Origin: Anaerolineae bacterium
Lineage (GTDB): Bacteria > Chloroflexota > Anaerolineae > JAADDB01
Reading direction: 5' to 3'
Length of the DNA: 64,000 nucleotides
Assembly (NCBI GenBank): GCA_015486845.1
Contig: WFQU01000160.1
Span: 3,313-67,312 of the forward strand
Shown here: positions 19,363 through 28,541 of the stretch, in pieces
Position numbering within the stretch: position 1 is the stretch's first letter
Layout of the letters: each line of letters starts with the position of its first letter
Made by a program: the position numbers and the translations under genes
Notes under the pieces: model-generated
Told to the model about the DNA's origin: nothing
Database searches by the model: none
Seen by the model: only the letters and a program-made list of their open reading frames with translations

Positions 19363-20327
19363 CCCACCAGTTTTCTCTGTGTGTCGCCATCAAAACCCAC
19401 CGCATCCGAAACGATATACAACGGCCGGCCTTTGACTTCATCATAAATGCGCCCCAAATACTCGCCGATCACGCCCAGGAAAATGAGCTGCACACCGCCC
19501 AAGAAAAGCACCATGACCAACGTCGTCGCCTGGCCGTAGAGCGCCTGGTGGCCGTAAAGACGCAGGAAAATGACCAGCAAAATGCCAAACAGGCTCAGCC
19601 CGGCGGTGATGAAACCCAAATAGGTGGCCAATTGCAGCGGGAAATAGGAAAACGAGGTGATGCCGTCCAGCGCTAAGCGCAGCATTTTGCGGAACGGGTA
19701 GTGCGTCGCCCCGGCAAACCGTTCCTCTCGCACGTATTCCACGCCGGTTTGCTTGAAGCCGACCCAACTGGAAAGCCCTCGCATAAAGCGATGTTTTTCC
19801 CGCATGGTGCGCATAGTCTCCACCACTTTGCGATCCATGAGGCGGAAATCGCCGGCGTCCACCGGCATGTCCACATCGGTAATGCGATAAATGATGCGGT
19901 AAAACAAACTGGCCGTGAAGGACTTGAAGAAGGACTCCCCTTTCCGCTTGGCTCGCACCGCGTAAACGACTTCGTAACCCTCTTTCCACTTGGCGATCAA
20001 ATCGAGAATCACTTCCGGCGGATCCTGCAAATCGGCGTCAATGATCACCACCGCATCGCCGCTGGCGTAATCCATGCCGGCAGAAATGGCCACCTGGTGG
20101 CCGAAATTGCGCGAGAAATTCACCAGTTTATAACGAGGATCCTTACGGTGTAAATCTCGCATGATCTCCGGCGAGCGGTCTTTACTGCCATCATTAACCA
20201 ACACGACCTCATACGGTTCATCTAACTTATCCATTGCACCGGTCAAACGACGATACAATTCCGGCAAGACGCCCTCTTCATTGTAAACCGGCACAATAAT
20301 AGAATATCGCGGTTTCTCTATGACCAA
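19359..20327 (-). CDS. polyprenol-phosphate glycosyltransferase (GT2; GtrB/ArnC/DPM1-like)
   Basis: [11 protein letters not shown]...[10 protein letters not shown]...DADLQDPPE plus two C-terminal transmembrane helices. The TTG start has a GAGGAGG ribosome-binding site. ATGA-type 4-bp overlap with the ProRS-like gene. Confidence 0.85.
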   Translation of the reverse strand: MVIEKPRYSIIVPVYNEEGVLPELYRRLTGAMDKLDEPYEVVLVNDGSKDRSPEIMRDLHRKDPRYKLVNFSRNFGHQVAISAGMDYASGDAVVIIDADLQDPPEVILDLIAKWKEGYEVVYAVRAKRKGESFFKSFTASLFYRIIYRITDVDMPVDAGDFRLMDRKVVETMRTMREKHRFMRGLSSWVGFKQTGVEYVREERFAGATHYPFRKMLRLALDGITSFSYFPLQLATYLGFITAGLSLFGILLVIFLRLYGHQALYGQATTLVMVLFLGGVQLIFLGVIGEYLGRIYDEVKGRPLYIVSDAVGFDGDTQRKLVG

Positions 20328-20348
20328 AAATACCCTCCTCTAAAACTT

Positions 20349-20575
20349 AAATGGGACGCAGATCAACGCAGGCTGCGCACACAGATAAAAAATCAGGCCC
20401 TCTTTAAAGAAGTTCAACTTCTCGAAGAAGTTGAACTTCTAATAAGCCCCTTAGAAAGGGGCTGGTGTTAAGCAGCCTCTTGACAGAGGACCCTACCTTG
20501 ACGTACCCCGCCGCGGAAGCAAGGGGCCGGCGCACCGGAATGGGACGCAGGTCAACGCAGGCTGCACACGCCCGA
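20349..20575 (+). repeat. family A copy A2 (hairpin 20408-20440)
   Basis: About 90% identical to A1 over shared modules. It lacks one 57-bp internal module. The terminal module abuts the GtrB-like gene start. Confidence 0.8.
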
Positions 20576-20580
20576 CGATT

Positions 20581-20640
20581 AGAAGTCGCTGCTACAACTG
20601 CGAAACCTGCCTGCGCAGGTTGCACGCTAATCGCCGAGCG
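20581..20640 (-). repeat. family B partial copy B5 (adjacent to A2)
   Basis: gctgctacaactgcgaaacctgcctgcgcaggttgcacgctaatcgcc. Confidence 0.7.
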
Positions 20641-20805
20641 TTCCCCCGGCTAAGCTGATCAATTGATTATAATCCCACTCGGCACAAAATGAAAGACAAA
20701 ATGAAAGCCTTTTGGCCCAGCAACAACTATTCTAAATCCGACACGGCTCGCAGAAACATCTCTGAGAATAAGCAAAATTAACCGATTAATACAACTATGC
20801 AAAAC

Positions 20806-20834
20806 TTGACACCCATTCTACACCGACCTATAAT
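20806..20834 (+). promoter_or_regulatory. consensus sigma70 promoter TTGACA-17-TATAAT upstream of the amino-acid ABC transporter operon
   Basis: Perfect -35 and -10 hexamers with a 17-bp spacer. It is followed by a roughly 280-nt leader before the 21120 start. Confidence 0.55.
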
Positions 20835-21119
20835 GGCAGGCAAGCTTCTTTCCGTGGTGTAAATATCATGATCGCTAACCAAAAAACAGGCGATTGTGGC
20901 AACCATAAATACAAAAGATTTTCAATACATTGCTGTGGAATACCAAAAAATAGCTCACGGTAATTTACCAGGTATTTTCCCCCTCAATCGTAGTGATGCC
21001 GATGTCACTCACACGCAGCAAAAGGAGGTGTAGTCTAACCCAAACAGAGATAATTAAGTGTAAGCGCGGTTCGTGTTCAGTAGAAGCATTTGCTCATTTT
21101 CGGGAAGGAGAAAGCGAAC

Positions 21120-22304
21120 ATGTCACGGAAGCATTTTATTCTGTTAACAGTCGTGCTGGTATTGGCTATAGCCGCTTTAGCAGCTTGCAGCGGAGGCGGA
21201 GCTAAGGTCATTAAAGTAGGAATCAACGCTCCTCTTACCGGCAGTATCCCCAAAGTAGGCGAAGGGACCAAATATTCTGCCCAAATGTGGTTGGCAGACA
21301 TCAACAAGGCCGGCGGCCTGCAAGTCGGCAACAAGAAATACAAAGTCGAATTGGTCATCGAAGATAACGAATCGAAAGCAGATTCCGCTGTCAAGGCAAA
21401 TACCAAGATGATCACCCAGGACAATGTGCTTGTTATTATCGGCCCACAGTCATCCAAACAGGCTGTTCCCGCCGGCGAAGTCGCAAATAACTACAAAACA
21501 CCGATGATCAGTCCATGGTCGACGAATCCCAAGACAACACTCAACCGTCCATGGGTTTTCCGTGGTTGTTTCTTAGACCCGTTCCAGGGCCCAGTGATTG
21601 CCAATTTCGTTACAAATCAATTTGGTTTCACCAAAGCAGCCGTGCTTTACGATATTGCCAGCGATTACCCCAAAGGGTTAGCTGAGTATTTCAAGAAGGC
21701 ATGGGAAAAGCTACACGGCGCAGGTTCTGTTGTCGCTTACGAAAGCTTCACCCACGGCGATACAGATTTCAGTGCCCAGCTTACCGCCATCAATAAATCC
21801 GGTGCTCAATTCCTGTTTACCCCGCAGTATTACAGCGAGGTGGCGCTCATCGTCAAGCAAGCTCACCAATTAGGCTGGAACAAGCCCATTGTGGGGAGCG
21901 ACAGTTGGGGTTCCGCTGAGCTCATCAAGCTGTGCGGCTCCGATTGCTATGGTGATTACTTCAGCACCCATTACGCAGCCGCCGGTGCCAAAGGCGCGAC
22001 GAAAGCATTCATCGATCGCTACAATGCTAAATACGGTTATGTGCCGGATGACGTAGCCGCTTTGACCTGGGACTCTCTGAACATTGCCAAAACAGCTATT
22101 CAAAACTGCGGCAAACTTACCGGGAAAATCGCGACCGATCGTAAGTGCGTACGCGATGCCATGGCCAATATCAAGAACTTCGACGGTATCACCGGCAAGA
22201 TGACTTTCAACGAGTCAGGGGATCCATCTAAATGCGCCGTCATCGTCAAGATCAGCGACAAAGGTGAATTCAAGTTCTTCAAGCAAGTTTGTCCCACCAA
22301 GTAA
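21120..22304 (+). CDS. ABC transporter substrate-binding lipoprotein, branched-chain amino-acid (LivJ/LivK, HAAT) family
   Basis: Lipoprotein signal MSRKHFILLTVVLVLAIAALAACSG. Periplasmic binding protein type I fold motifs. A GGAAGGAG ribosome-binding site. Confidence 0.8.
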   Translation: MSRKHFILLTVVLVLAIAALAACSGGGAKVIKVGINAPLTGSIPKVGEGTKYSAQMWLADINKAGGLQVGNKKYKVELVIEDNESKADSAVKANTKMITQDNVLVIIGPQSSKQAVPAGEVANNYKTPMISPWSTNPKTTLNRPWVFRGCFLDPFQGPVIANFVTNQFGFTKAAVLYDIASDYPKGLAEYFKKAWEKLHGAGSVVAYESFTHGDTDFSAQLTAINKSGAQFLFTPQYYSEVALIVKQAHQLGWNKPIVGSDSWGSAELIKLCGSDCYGDYFSTHYAAAGAKGATKAFIDRYNAKYGYVPDDVAALTWDSLNIAKTAIQNCGKLTGKIATDRKCVRDAMANIKNFDGITGKMTFNESGDPSKCAVIVKISDKGEFKFFKQVCPTK

Positions 22305-22383
22305 GGAATCACCTTAAGGCGTTAACGGCCCCAATCAACACAGACTGAGTCTTATCGATAGTGGATAAGTAATCAGCAAACGA

Positions 22384-22420
22384 AGGGCGATGCCTAAAAC
22401 ACCAGACATCGCCCTTTTAT
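22384..22420 (+). terminator. intrinsic terminator/attenuator between the binding-protein gene and the permease genes
   Basis: agggcgatg-(15 nt loop)-catcgccct followed by TTTTAT. Confidence 0.6.
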
Positions 22421-22440
22421 AGGAACGAGGTGTAATCGGA

Positions 22441-23364
22441 ATGGGATATTTCTTGCAAAACATTGTCAATGCGCTGCAATGGGGTAGTTTTTACGCCCTT
22501 GTAGCCATAGGATACTCCATGGTGTATGGTGTCCTCATGCTTTTCAACTTTGCTCACGGAGATGTCTTCATGGTCGGCGCCTACATTGGCTTCTTTACAG
22601 CGTCGGGGCTAATGGCTTTAGCTGCCATGGGGAGTATCGCCATACCGGGATGGCTTATTCTTATATTAACACTCATTATTGCCATGTTCTTGAATTCCTT
22701 TGTCGGCATGGCTGTGGAGCGCATCGGTTATCGCCCATTGAGAGACGCTCCCCGAGCATCGGCTGCCATCACTGGACTCATGATTGGTATCATCTTAGAA
22801 ACAGGTAACTTAGCTTTATTAGGTGCTCAGCGCAGAGCATTTCCACCGCTTATCCCACCAACCGTATACAAAGTAGGCGGCGTCTATATCACAAATCAAA
22901 AAATCGTCATCATCGTCGTCGCGTTAGCTCTCACCCTTGCCCTACACCAATTCGTACAACATACCAAATGGGGCATGGCCATGCGGGCCATGGCGTATGA
23001 CTTCCTCGTTGTCCCCCTCATGGGTATACCCATAAACACCATTGCGGCGCTTACCTTCGCACTGGGCTCTGCACTAGCCGCTGCCGCCGGCGTGCTTTAC
23101 GGTGTGGCTTATCCTGTTTTAGGCCCTTACATGGGCATTATTATTGGGTGGAAGGCTTTTGTGGCCGCCATTTTAGGAGGACGCGGCTCCATCTTAGGCG
23201 CTGCTTCAGCCGGTTTCCTCTTAGGATTCATTGAAATCTTCGTCACCATGATTTTCCCGTCTACGATGCGGGATTTCATTGCTTATACGATTATCCTTTT
23301 GATCCTAACCTTCCTTCCCAACGGTTTCTTTGGTGAGCCTTACAGCGCTAAGCTAAGACTGTGA
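22441..23364 (+). CDS. livH: branched-chain amino-acid ABC transporter permease
   Basis: 307-aa LivH-type permease. Confidence 0.8.
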   Translation: MGYFLQNIVNALQWGSFYALVAIGYSMVYGVLMLFNFAHGDVFMVGAYIGFFTASGLMALAAMGSIAIPGWLILILTLIIAMFLNSFVGMAVERIGYRPLRDAPRASAAITGLMIGIILETGNLALLGAQRRAFPPLIPPTVYKVGGVYITNQKIVIIVVALALTLALHQFVQHTKWGMAMRAMAYDFLVVPLMGIPINTIAALTFALGSALAAAAGVLYGVAYPVLGPYMGIIIGWKAFVAAILGGRGSILGAASAGFLLGFIEIFVTMIFPSTMRDFIAYTIILLILTFLPNGFFGEPYSAKLRL

Positions 23365-23408
23365 CGGATAACATGTCACCACACATAGAAGATATAAAGG
23401 GCTGATTT

Positions 23409-24722
23409 ATGGAAGCAACAAGTAGCGTACCCACTAAACGAAATGCTTTTAATGCATGGCTAAGCAAACAATGGATGCCTTATCGACAAGTGTCACTATT
23501 AGGTTGGCTGCTTGGTTCCTTGGTAGCTGTTCTCTTAGAGACCTTCATCGGGACATCGTTAGCCTGGGCCTTAGGCATGAGCGACGTGCCAGCACTGTTT
23601 GGATTCGTTGTCATGCTCAAACAACCTGAGCTGCTACCATCCATCATTTTGTATTTGCTGCTCATTTATTTTATCCCCATCGCGATTGTCGTCCGTTTAA
23701 CAAAATCCATTGCCAATAAAATTGCTGGATTATTATTCCGATACCCCCTTTGGATCACGGCACTGTTCCACATTGTCTTGCTTTATGCCGTCATTGACGT
23801 TTGGGCCGTCATGAATGACTACCGGGTTTTGCTGGCTAAATTGATGATGATTGCGATCATCACCACGCTAAGTCTCAATGTCGTCAACGGCTACATGGGT
23901 GAGTTTTCCTGTTCGCATCCCGGCTTTCTGGCCGTAGGCGCTTATACAGCCTCCATTATCATGGTACTCTTCTTCGTCAATGACAAAGTGATGGGGCCAG
24001 CGCTCCTGCCGCCGGCATTAGGACCGTTTTTCTTCCCCATTGTTCTCATTTTAGGCGGCGTGGTAGCTGCATTCAGCGCACTGATCGTGGCTATTCCATC
24101 ATTCCATACCAGGGGCGATTATTTGGCCATTATTTCATTAGCCTTCATGTTCATCATCAAGAGCCTCATCGAAAACTTACAAGTATTCGGTGGCGCACGC
24201 GGTTTCATGGGCCAGCCGAATTTGGCATCACTACCCGTTGTGTTCGTGTGGACCATTATTGCCATCTGGACCATCAATAATTTCGTTCGCTCTACTTTGG
24301 GCAAAGCCATGAATGCCGTACGGGATGATGAAACCGCCGCCGACGCCATGACTGTCAATACCAGAAACACTAAAATGACAGCCTTTTTGTTCGCTGCTTT
24401 TTGGGCCGGCATTGCCGGTGGCCTTTTCGCCCATGTCATGCGTTATGTCAACCCTGGCAGCTTTGGCATCAAAAAATTAGCCGAAGTGCTGGCTATGGTT
24501 TATTTCGGCGGCTTGAATTCTGTTGTTGGTTCTATCGTCGGTGCTATCGGGTTCAATTTTCTCAGCGAAATGTTACGCCCGTTAGAAATCCTCAAGTGGG
24601 TCATCATCCCCGTTTTGCTAATCTTAGTGATGATTTTCCGGCCTACCGGACTCATCGCGTTCAAAGATTTTGACCCGGAAGAATTGCTAAGACCGAAAAA
24701 CCAAACAGAAGAAGAGGTATAA
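23409..24722 (+). CDS. livM: branched-chain amino-acid ABC transporter permease (LivM type, with an N-terminal extension)
   Basis: 437 aa. LivM core with extra N-terminal transmembrane helices. Confidence 0.75.
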   Translation: MEATSSVPTKRNAFNAWLSKQWMPYRQVSLLGWLLGSLVAVLLETFIGTSLAWALGMSDVPALFGFVVMLKQPELLPSIILYLLLIYFIPIAIVVRLTKSIANKIAGLLFRYPLWITALFHIVLLYAVIDVWAVMNDYRVLLAKLMMIAIITTLSLNVVNGYMGEFSCSHPGFLAVGAYTASIIMVLFFVNDKVMGPALLPPALGPFFFPIVLILGGVVAAFSALIVAIPSFHTRGDYLAIISLAFMFIIKSLIENLQVFGGARGFMGQPNLASLPVVFVWTIIAIWTINNFVRSTLGKAMNAVRDDETAADAMTVNTRNTKMTAFLFAAFWAGIAGGLFAHVMRYVNPGSFGIKKLAEVLAMVYFGGLNSVVGSIVGAIGFNFLSEMLRPLEILKWVIIPVLLILVMIFRPTGLIAFKDFDPEELLRPKNQTEEEV

Positions 24723-24724
24723 AG

Positions 24725-25495
24725 ATGCCATTACTTCAGGTTGAACACATGACGCACTTCTTCGGCGGATTACGGGCCGTGCATGACTATAATTTGTCCA
24801 TCGAACAAGGACAAATCCGTGGGCTCATCGGGCCCAATGGCGCCGGTAAGTCAACTATCTTTAATCTCATCACTGGCGTCTATCGTCCGTCCGAAGGAAA
24901 AGTAACCTTTCGTGGCGAAAGCATCGTAGGACTCCCTTCCCACGAAATCGCAGCCTTGGGCATGGGCCGCACTTTTCAAAATCTGCGACTATGGCGGCAC
25001 ATGAGCGTTTTGGATCATGTCAAGATGTCCCAGTATTCACAAATCGATTACGGCCTCATCGGCGCCTTTTTCGGCACTAAAAGACGTAACCAACAAGAAA
25101 AAGAAAATACCGAAAAAGCTTTACAGCTCTTAGACTTAGTCGGCATTCGCCATTTAGCCGACAGCATGGTCACGAACCTGCCTTATGGCGTACAACGCCG
25201 GGTGGAAATGGCCCGCGCTTTAGCCATCAATCCCAAATTACTGTTATTAGATGAACCGACAGCTGGCATGAATCCAGATGAACTGATGGACTTGATGCAG
25301 GTCATTCGCCAGGTTCATAACACGTTTGGGCTTTCCATTTTTCTCATCGAACACAGAATGAAGTTTGTCATGGAACTTTGTGAGCGCATCCAGACTTTAG
25401 TCTTCGGGGAAGTCATCGCCGAGGGCACCCCAAAAGAGATCCAAAATAATCCCAAAGTCATCGAAGCATATTTGGGCAAGGAGGTCGAAACCTGA
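24725..25495 (+). CDS. livG: ABC transporter ATP-binding protein (LivG type)
   Basis: Walker A GPNGAGKST and signature LPYGVQRRVEMARAL. Confidence 0.85.
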   Translation: MPLLQVEHMTHFFGGLRAVHDYNLSIEQGQIRGLIGPNGAGKSTIFNLITGVYRPSEGKVTFRGESIVGLPSHEIAALGMGRTFQNLRLWRHMSVLDHVKMSQYSQIDYGLIGAFFGTKRRNQQEKENTEKALQLLDLVGIRHLADSMVTNLPYGVQRRVEMARALAINPKLLLLDEPTAGMNPDELMDLMQVIRQVHNTFGLSIFLIEHRMKFVMELCERIQTLVFGEVIAEGTPKEIQNNPKVIEAYLGKEVET

Positions 25496-26208
25496 TGTTG
25501 CTATCAGTCGAGAACCTACAGGTTTCCTACGGAAAAATTAAAGCGTTGCACGGCATCAATTTTCACATTGACGAAGGCGAGATTGTCTGCATTATCGGCG
25601 CCAACGGCGCCGGTAAGAGCACGACATTGCGGGCCATTTCTCGCATGGTGCCGGCCAGCCCGGGTAGCAAAATGACCTATGCAGGGAAGGACTTGCTGGA
25701 ATATTCTGCCGACAAAGTTGTCAGCCAATTGGGTATTTCCCATGTTCCGGAAGGCAGACGCCTGTTCGGGAACTTAACCGTCATGGAGAACCTCATTCTT
25801 TCCGCGTTCGCCCGCAAGGATAAGAAAGCCATTGACAGGGATATTGAGCGCGTGTTCGGTATTTTCCCGCGGCTGGAAGAGCGGAAAAGGCAGAAAGCAG
25901 GCACCCTCAGCGGCGGCGAACAACAAATGTTGGCCGTCGGACGAGCTTTTGTCAGTGCTCGTAAATTAATGCTCTTAGACGAACCATCCATGGGCTTAGC
26001 ACCTTTGCTCATGCTCTCGGTTTTCGACGCGTTGAAGGCAATCAACCAGGAAGGCACAACAATTTTGTTGGTGGAACAGAACGCCCGCATGGCGCTAAAA
26101 TTCTCGCAGCGTGGCTACGTCATCGAAACCGGCAATATCGTCATGGAAGGCAAATCGGAAGACCTCCTCAACAATCCTGACGTGAAAAAAGCGTATTTAG
26201 GTGCCTGA
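25495..26208 (+). CDS. livF: ABC transporter ATP-binding protein (LivF type)
   Basis: GANGAGKSTTL and LSGGEQQMLAVGRAF. ATGA overlap with livG. Confidence 0.85.
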   Translation: MLLSVENLQVSYGKIKALHGINFHIDEGEIVCIIGANGAGKSTTLRAISRMVPASPGSKMTYAGKDLLEYSADKVVSQLGISHVPEGRRLFGNLTVMENLILSAFARKDKKAIDRDIERVFGIFPRLEERKRQKAGTLSGGEQQMLAVGRAFVSARKLMLLDEPSMGLAPLLMLSVFDALKAINQEGTTILLVEQNARMALKFSQRGYVIETGNIVMEGKSEDLLNNPDVKKAYLGA

Positions 26209-27377
26209 TGACTGTGCCTGAGACAGCATTGACTTGGGCTGAAATAGATTTAGACGCCTTAGCGTCTAACTTGACAGCTTTTCGCCAACATTTGAAGCAA
26301 CAGATCATGATCATGGCGGTGGTTAAAGCCAACGCCTATGGTCATGGAGCCATTCCCATAGCGCGAGCCGCTTTAGCCAGCGGCGCCGACCGGTTAGCTG
26401 TGAACAGGGCTATCGAAGGGGTGGCCCTGAGAGAAGCAGGTATCAGAGCACCCATTCTCATTTTAGGCTACTTACCGCCCGGGCAAGCCAAGATGGTCGT
26501 GCAAAACCAGCTTACGCCGACCGTTACCAGCCTGCCGACAGCACAAGCGCTGTCGGCAGCGCTGCCCCCGGGAAAAACATTGCCGGCACATATTAAAATT
26601 GACACCGGCATGGGCCGGTTAGGCCTGTTACCAGATGAAGCCGTTACTTTCGTCCGCCAAGTGACACATCTGAAGAACATTAAGATCGAAGGCTTATTCA
26701 CACATTTTGCCGTCGCCGACGCAGAAGACAAAACCTACACATGGCAACAATTCCGCCTTTTCCAGACCTGCGTCGAAGCAATAAGCCAGGTCGTCCGTCC
26801 CCCAATTTTACACGTGGCGAATAGTGCCGCCACCCTTACTTTGCCGGCCATGCATTTAGACATGGTGCGCGTGGGCATTGCCATGTATGGCTTGCGCCCC
26901 GACGCCAACATTCCCCCACCCTACCCACTGCACCCTGTGCTCAGCTTGAAAAGCCGATTAGGCCGAGTGCGCACATTGCCGGCCGGAGCCAGCATTAGCT
27001 ACGGTCGCACCTACGTCACACCGCGGGCAATGCCAGTGGGTCTGGTACCGGTGGGCTACGGCGATGGCTACCACCGGCTCATTTCCAATCGCGGCGCCGT
27101 GCTTGTCAACGGTGTACGGGCGCCTATCGTCGGCCGGGTGTGCATGGACCAATTCGTCGTCGATTTGACCAATGTGCCCAATCCTCATGAAAACGACGAA
27201 ATTGTGCTCATTGGCCAGCAAGGCAACGAAACAATCAGCGCCGACGAAGTAGCTCGCTGGGCCGAAACCATCAACTACGAAGTCACCACCTCCCTATTAC
27301 CTCGCGTGCAACGCTTCTACTTTCGAGACAGCCACATCGTCCAACACAAATCATTAACCAAATTAGCCAAGGCTTAA
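26208..27377 (+). CDS. alr: alanine racemase
   Basis: AVVKANAYGHG (PLP lysine motif) and a C-terminal beta domain. ATGA overlap with livF. Confidence 0.85.
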   Translation: MTVPETALTWAEIDLDALASNLTAFRQHLKQQIMIMAVVKANAYGHGAIPIARAALASGADRLAVNRAIEGVALREAGIRAPILILGYLPPGQAKMVVQNQLTPTVTSLPTAQALSAALPPGKTLPAHIKIDTGMGRLGLLPDEAVTFVRQVTHLKNIKIEGLFTHFAVADAEDKTYTWQQFRLFQTCVEAISQVVRPPILHVANSAATLTLPAMHLDMVRVGIAMYGLRPDANIPPPYPLHPVLSLKSRLGRVRTLPAGASISYGRTYVTPRAMPVGLVPVGYGDGYHRLISNRGAVLVNGVRAPIVGRVCMDQFVVDLTNVPNPHENDEIVLIGQQGNETISADEVARWAETINYEVTTSLLPRVQRFYFRDSHIVQHKSLTKLAKA

Positions 27378-27476
27378 CGAAAAACATAGTGCAGCAAGAC
27401 CTTTCCACAAACGTCGCGAAGCGCAAGGTCTGAAGGACAACACAAACATTCTGTTTCCAACAACGAGGAGAACGAC

Positions 27477-28469
27477 ATGGAATATCGCTATCTCGGCACA
27501 TCCGGATTACAAGTATCAGCACTCGCCTTGGGCTCCTGGGTCACATTCGGGCCGCAAACAAACGAGGACACAGCCCAGGAAATGGTTGAGGTCGCTTATA
27601 ACGGCGGCGTAAACTTCTTCGACACGGCAGAAGTGTACGCCGCTGGGGAAGCAGAAACTATTTTAGGGCATATCGTCAAACGTGCCAGATGGAAACGCTC
27701 GGACCTGGTTATCTCTACAAAAATCTTTTGGGGCGGTCAAGGGCCTAACGACCGCGGACTTTCCCGCAAACATCTCGTCGAAGGATTGAACGCGTCGCTG
27801 GCCAGACTGCAATTGGAGTACATCGACTTGCTGTTTGCCCATCGGCCCGATATTCACACGCCTATTGAAGAAACTGTAAGAGCCATGACTTATCTCATCG
27901 ACCAGGGCAAGGCGTTTTATTGGGGAACCAGCGAATGGAGCGCCCAACAGATCATGGAAGCTTACGCCGTGGCCCGGCGAGAACACCTTATTCCCCCCAC
28001 CATGGAGCAGCCGCAGTACAATATGTTTCACCGCGAGCGTTTCGAAGTGGAGTATGCCCGTTTGTACAAAGAAATCGGCTTAGGCACCACCATCTGGAGC
28101 CCATTGGCCGGCGGACTGCTCACCGGCAAATACAACCAGGGCATCCCCAAAGGAACACGCGCCAGCCTGCCAGGATTCGAGTGGCTGCGGGAACGCTACA
28201 CCGGGCCGGAAGCAGAGCGCAGAATTGCGAAAGTGAAGCAACTCCTGCCCCTCGCGGCTGCGTTAGATTGCAGCATGGCTCAACTCGCTTTAGCCTGGAC
28301 GCTGAAAAACGAGCATGTCAGCAGCGTCATCACCGGCGCCTCCCGGCCCGCCCAAATAGAAGATAATCTGGGTGCGCTGGCCGTGGCAGAAAAGCTCGAC
28401 GACAACATGATGACGCAAATTGAGGAGATTCTGGACAACAAGCCGCAAGCCCCAATCGATTTCCGCTAA
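27477..28469 (+). CDS. aldo/keto reductase (Kv-beta/Tas-like)
   Basis: MEYRYLGTSGLQVSALALGSW...FDTAEVYAAGEAE... Confidence 0.85.
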   Translation: MEYRYLGTSGLQVSALALGSWVTFGPQTNEDTAQEMVEVAYNGGVNFFDTAEVYAAGEAETILGHIVKRARWKRSDLVISTKIFWGGQGPNDRGLSRKHLVEGLNASLARLQLEYIDLLFAHRPDIHTPIEETVRAMTYLIDQGKAFYWGTSEWSAQQIMEAYAVARREHLIPPTMEQPQYNMFHRERFEVEYARLYKEIGLGTTIWSPLAGGLLTGKYNQGIPKGTRASLPGFEWLRERYTGPEAERRIAKVKQLLPLAAALDCSMAQLALAWTLKNEHVSSVITGASRPAQIEDNLGALAVAEKLDDNMMTQIEEILDNKPQAPIDFR

Positions 28470-28541
28470 CGACAGGGGGAGGATCCAGTAACCAAAGCGT
28501 GTTCCCCCCCCCATGCGAACAACACGAAAGCGCTTCACACC

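Noticed and set aside
20866-20961. Leader peptide for attenuation of the amino-acid transporter operon
   Set aside because: The upstream ORF is not enriched in Ala/Leu/Ile/Val codons and has no ribosome-binding site. It is kept only as a remark.
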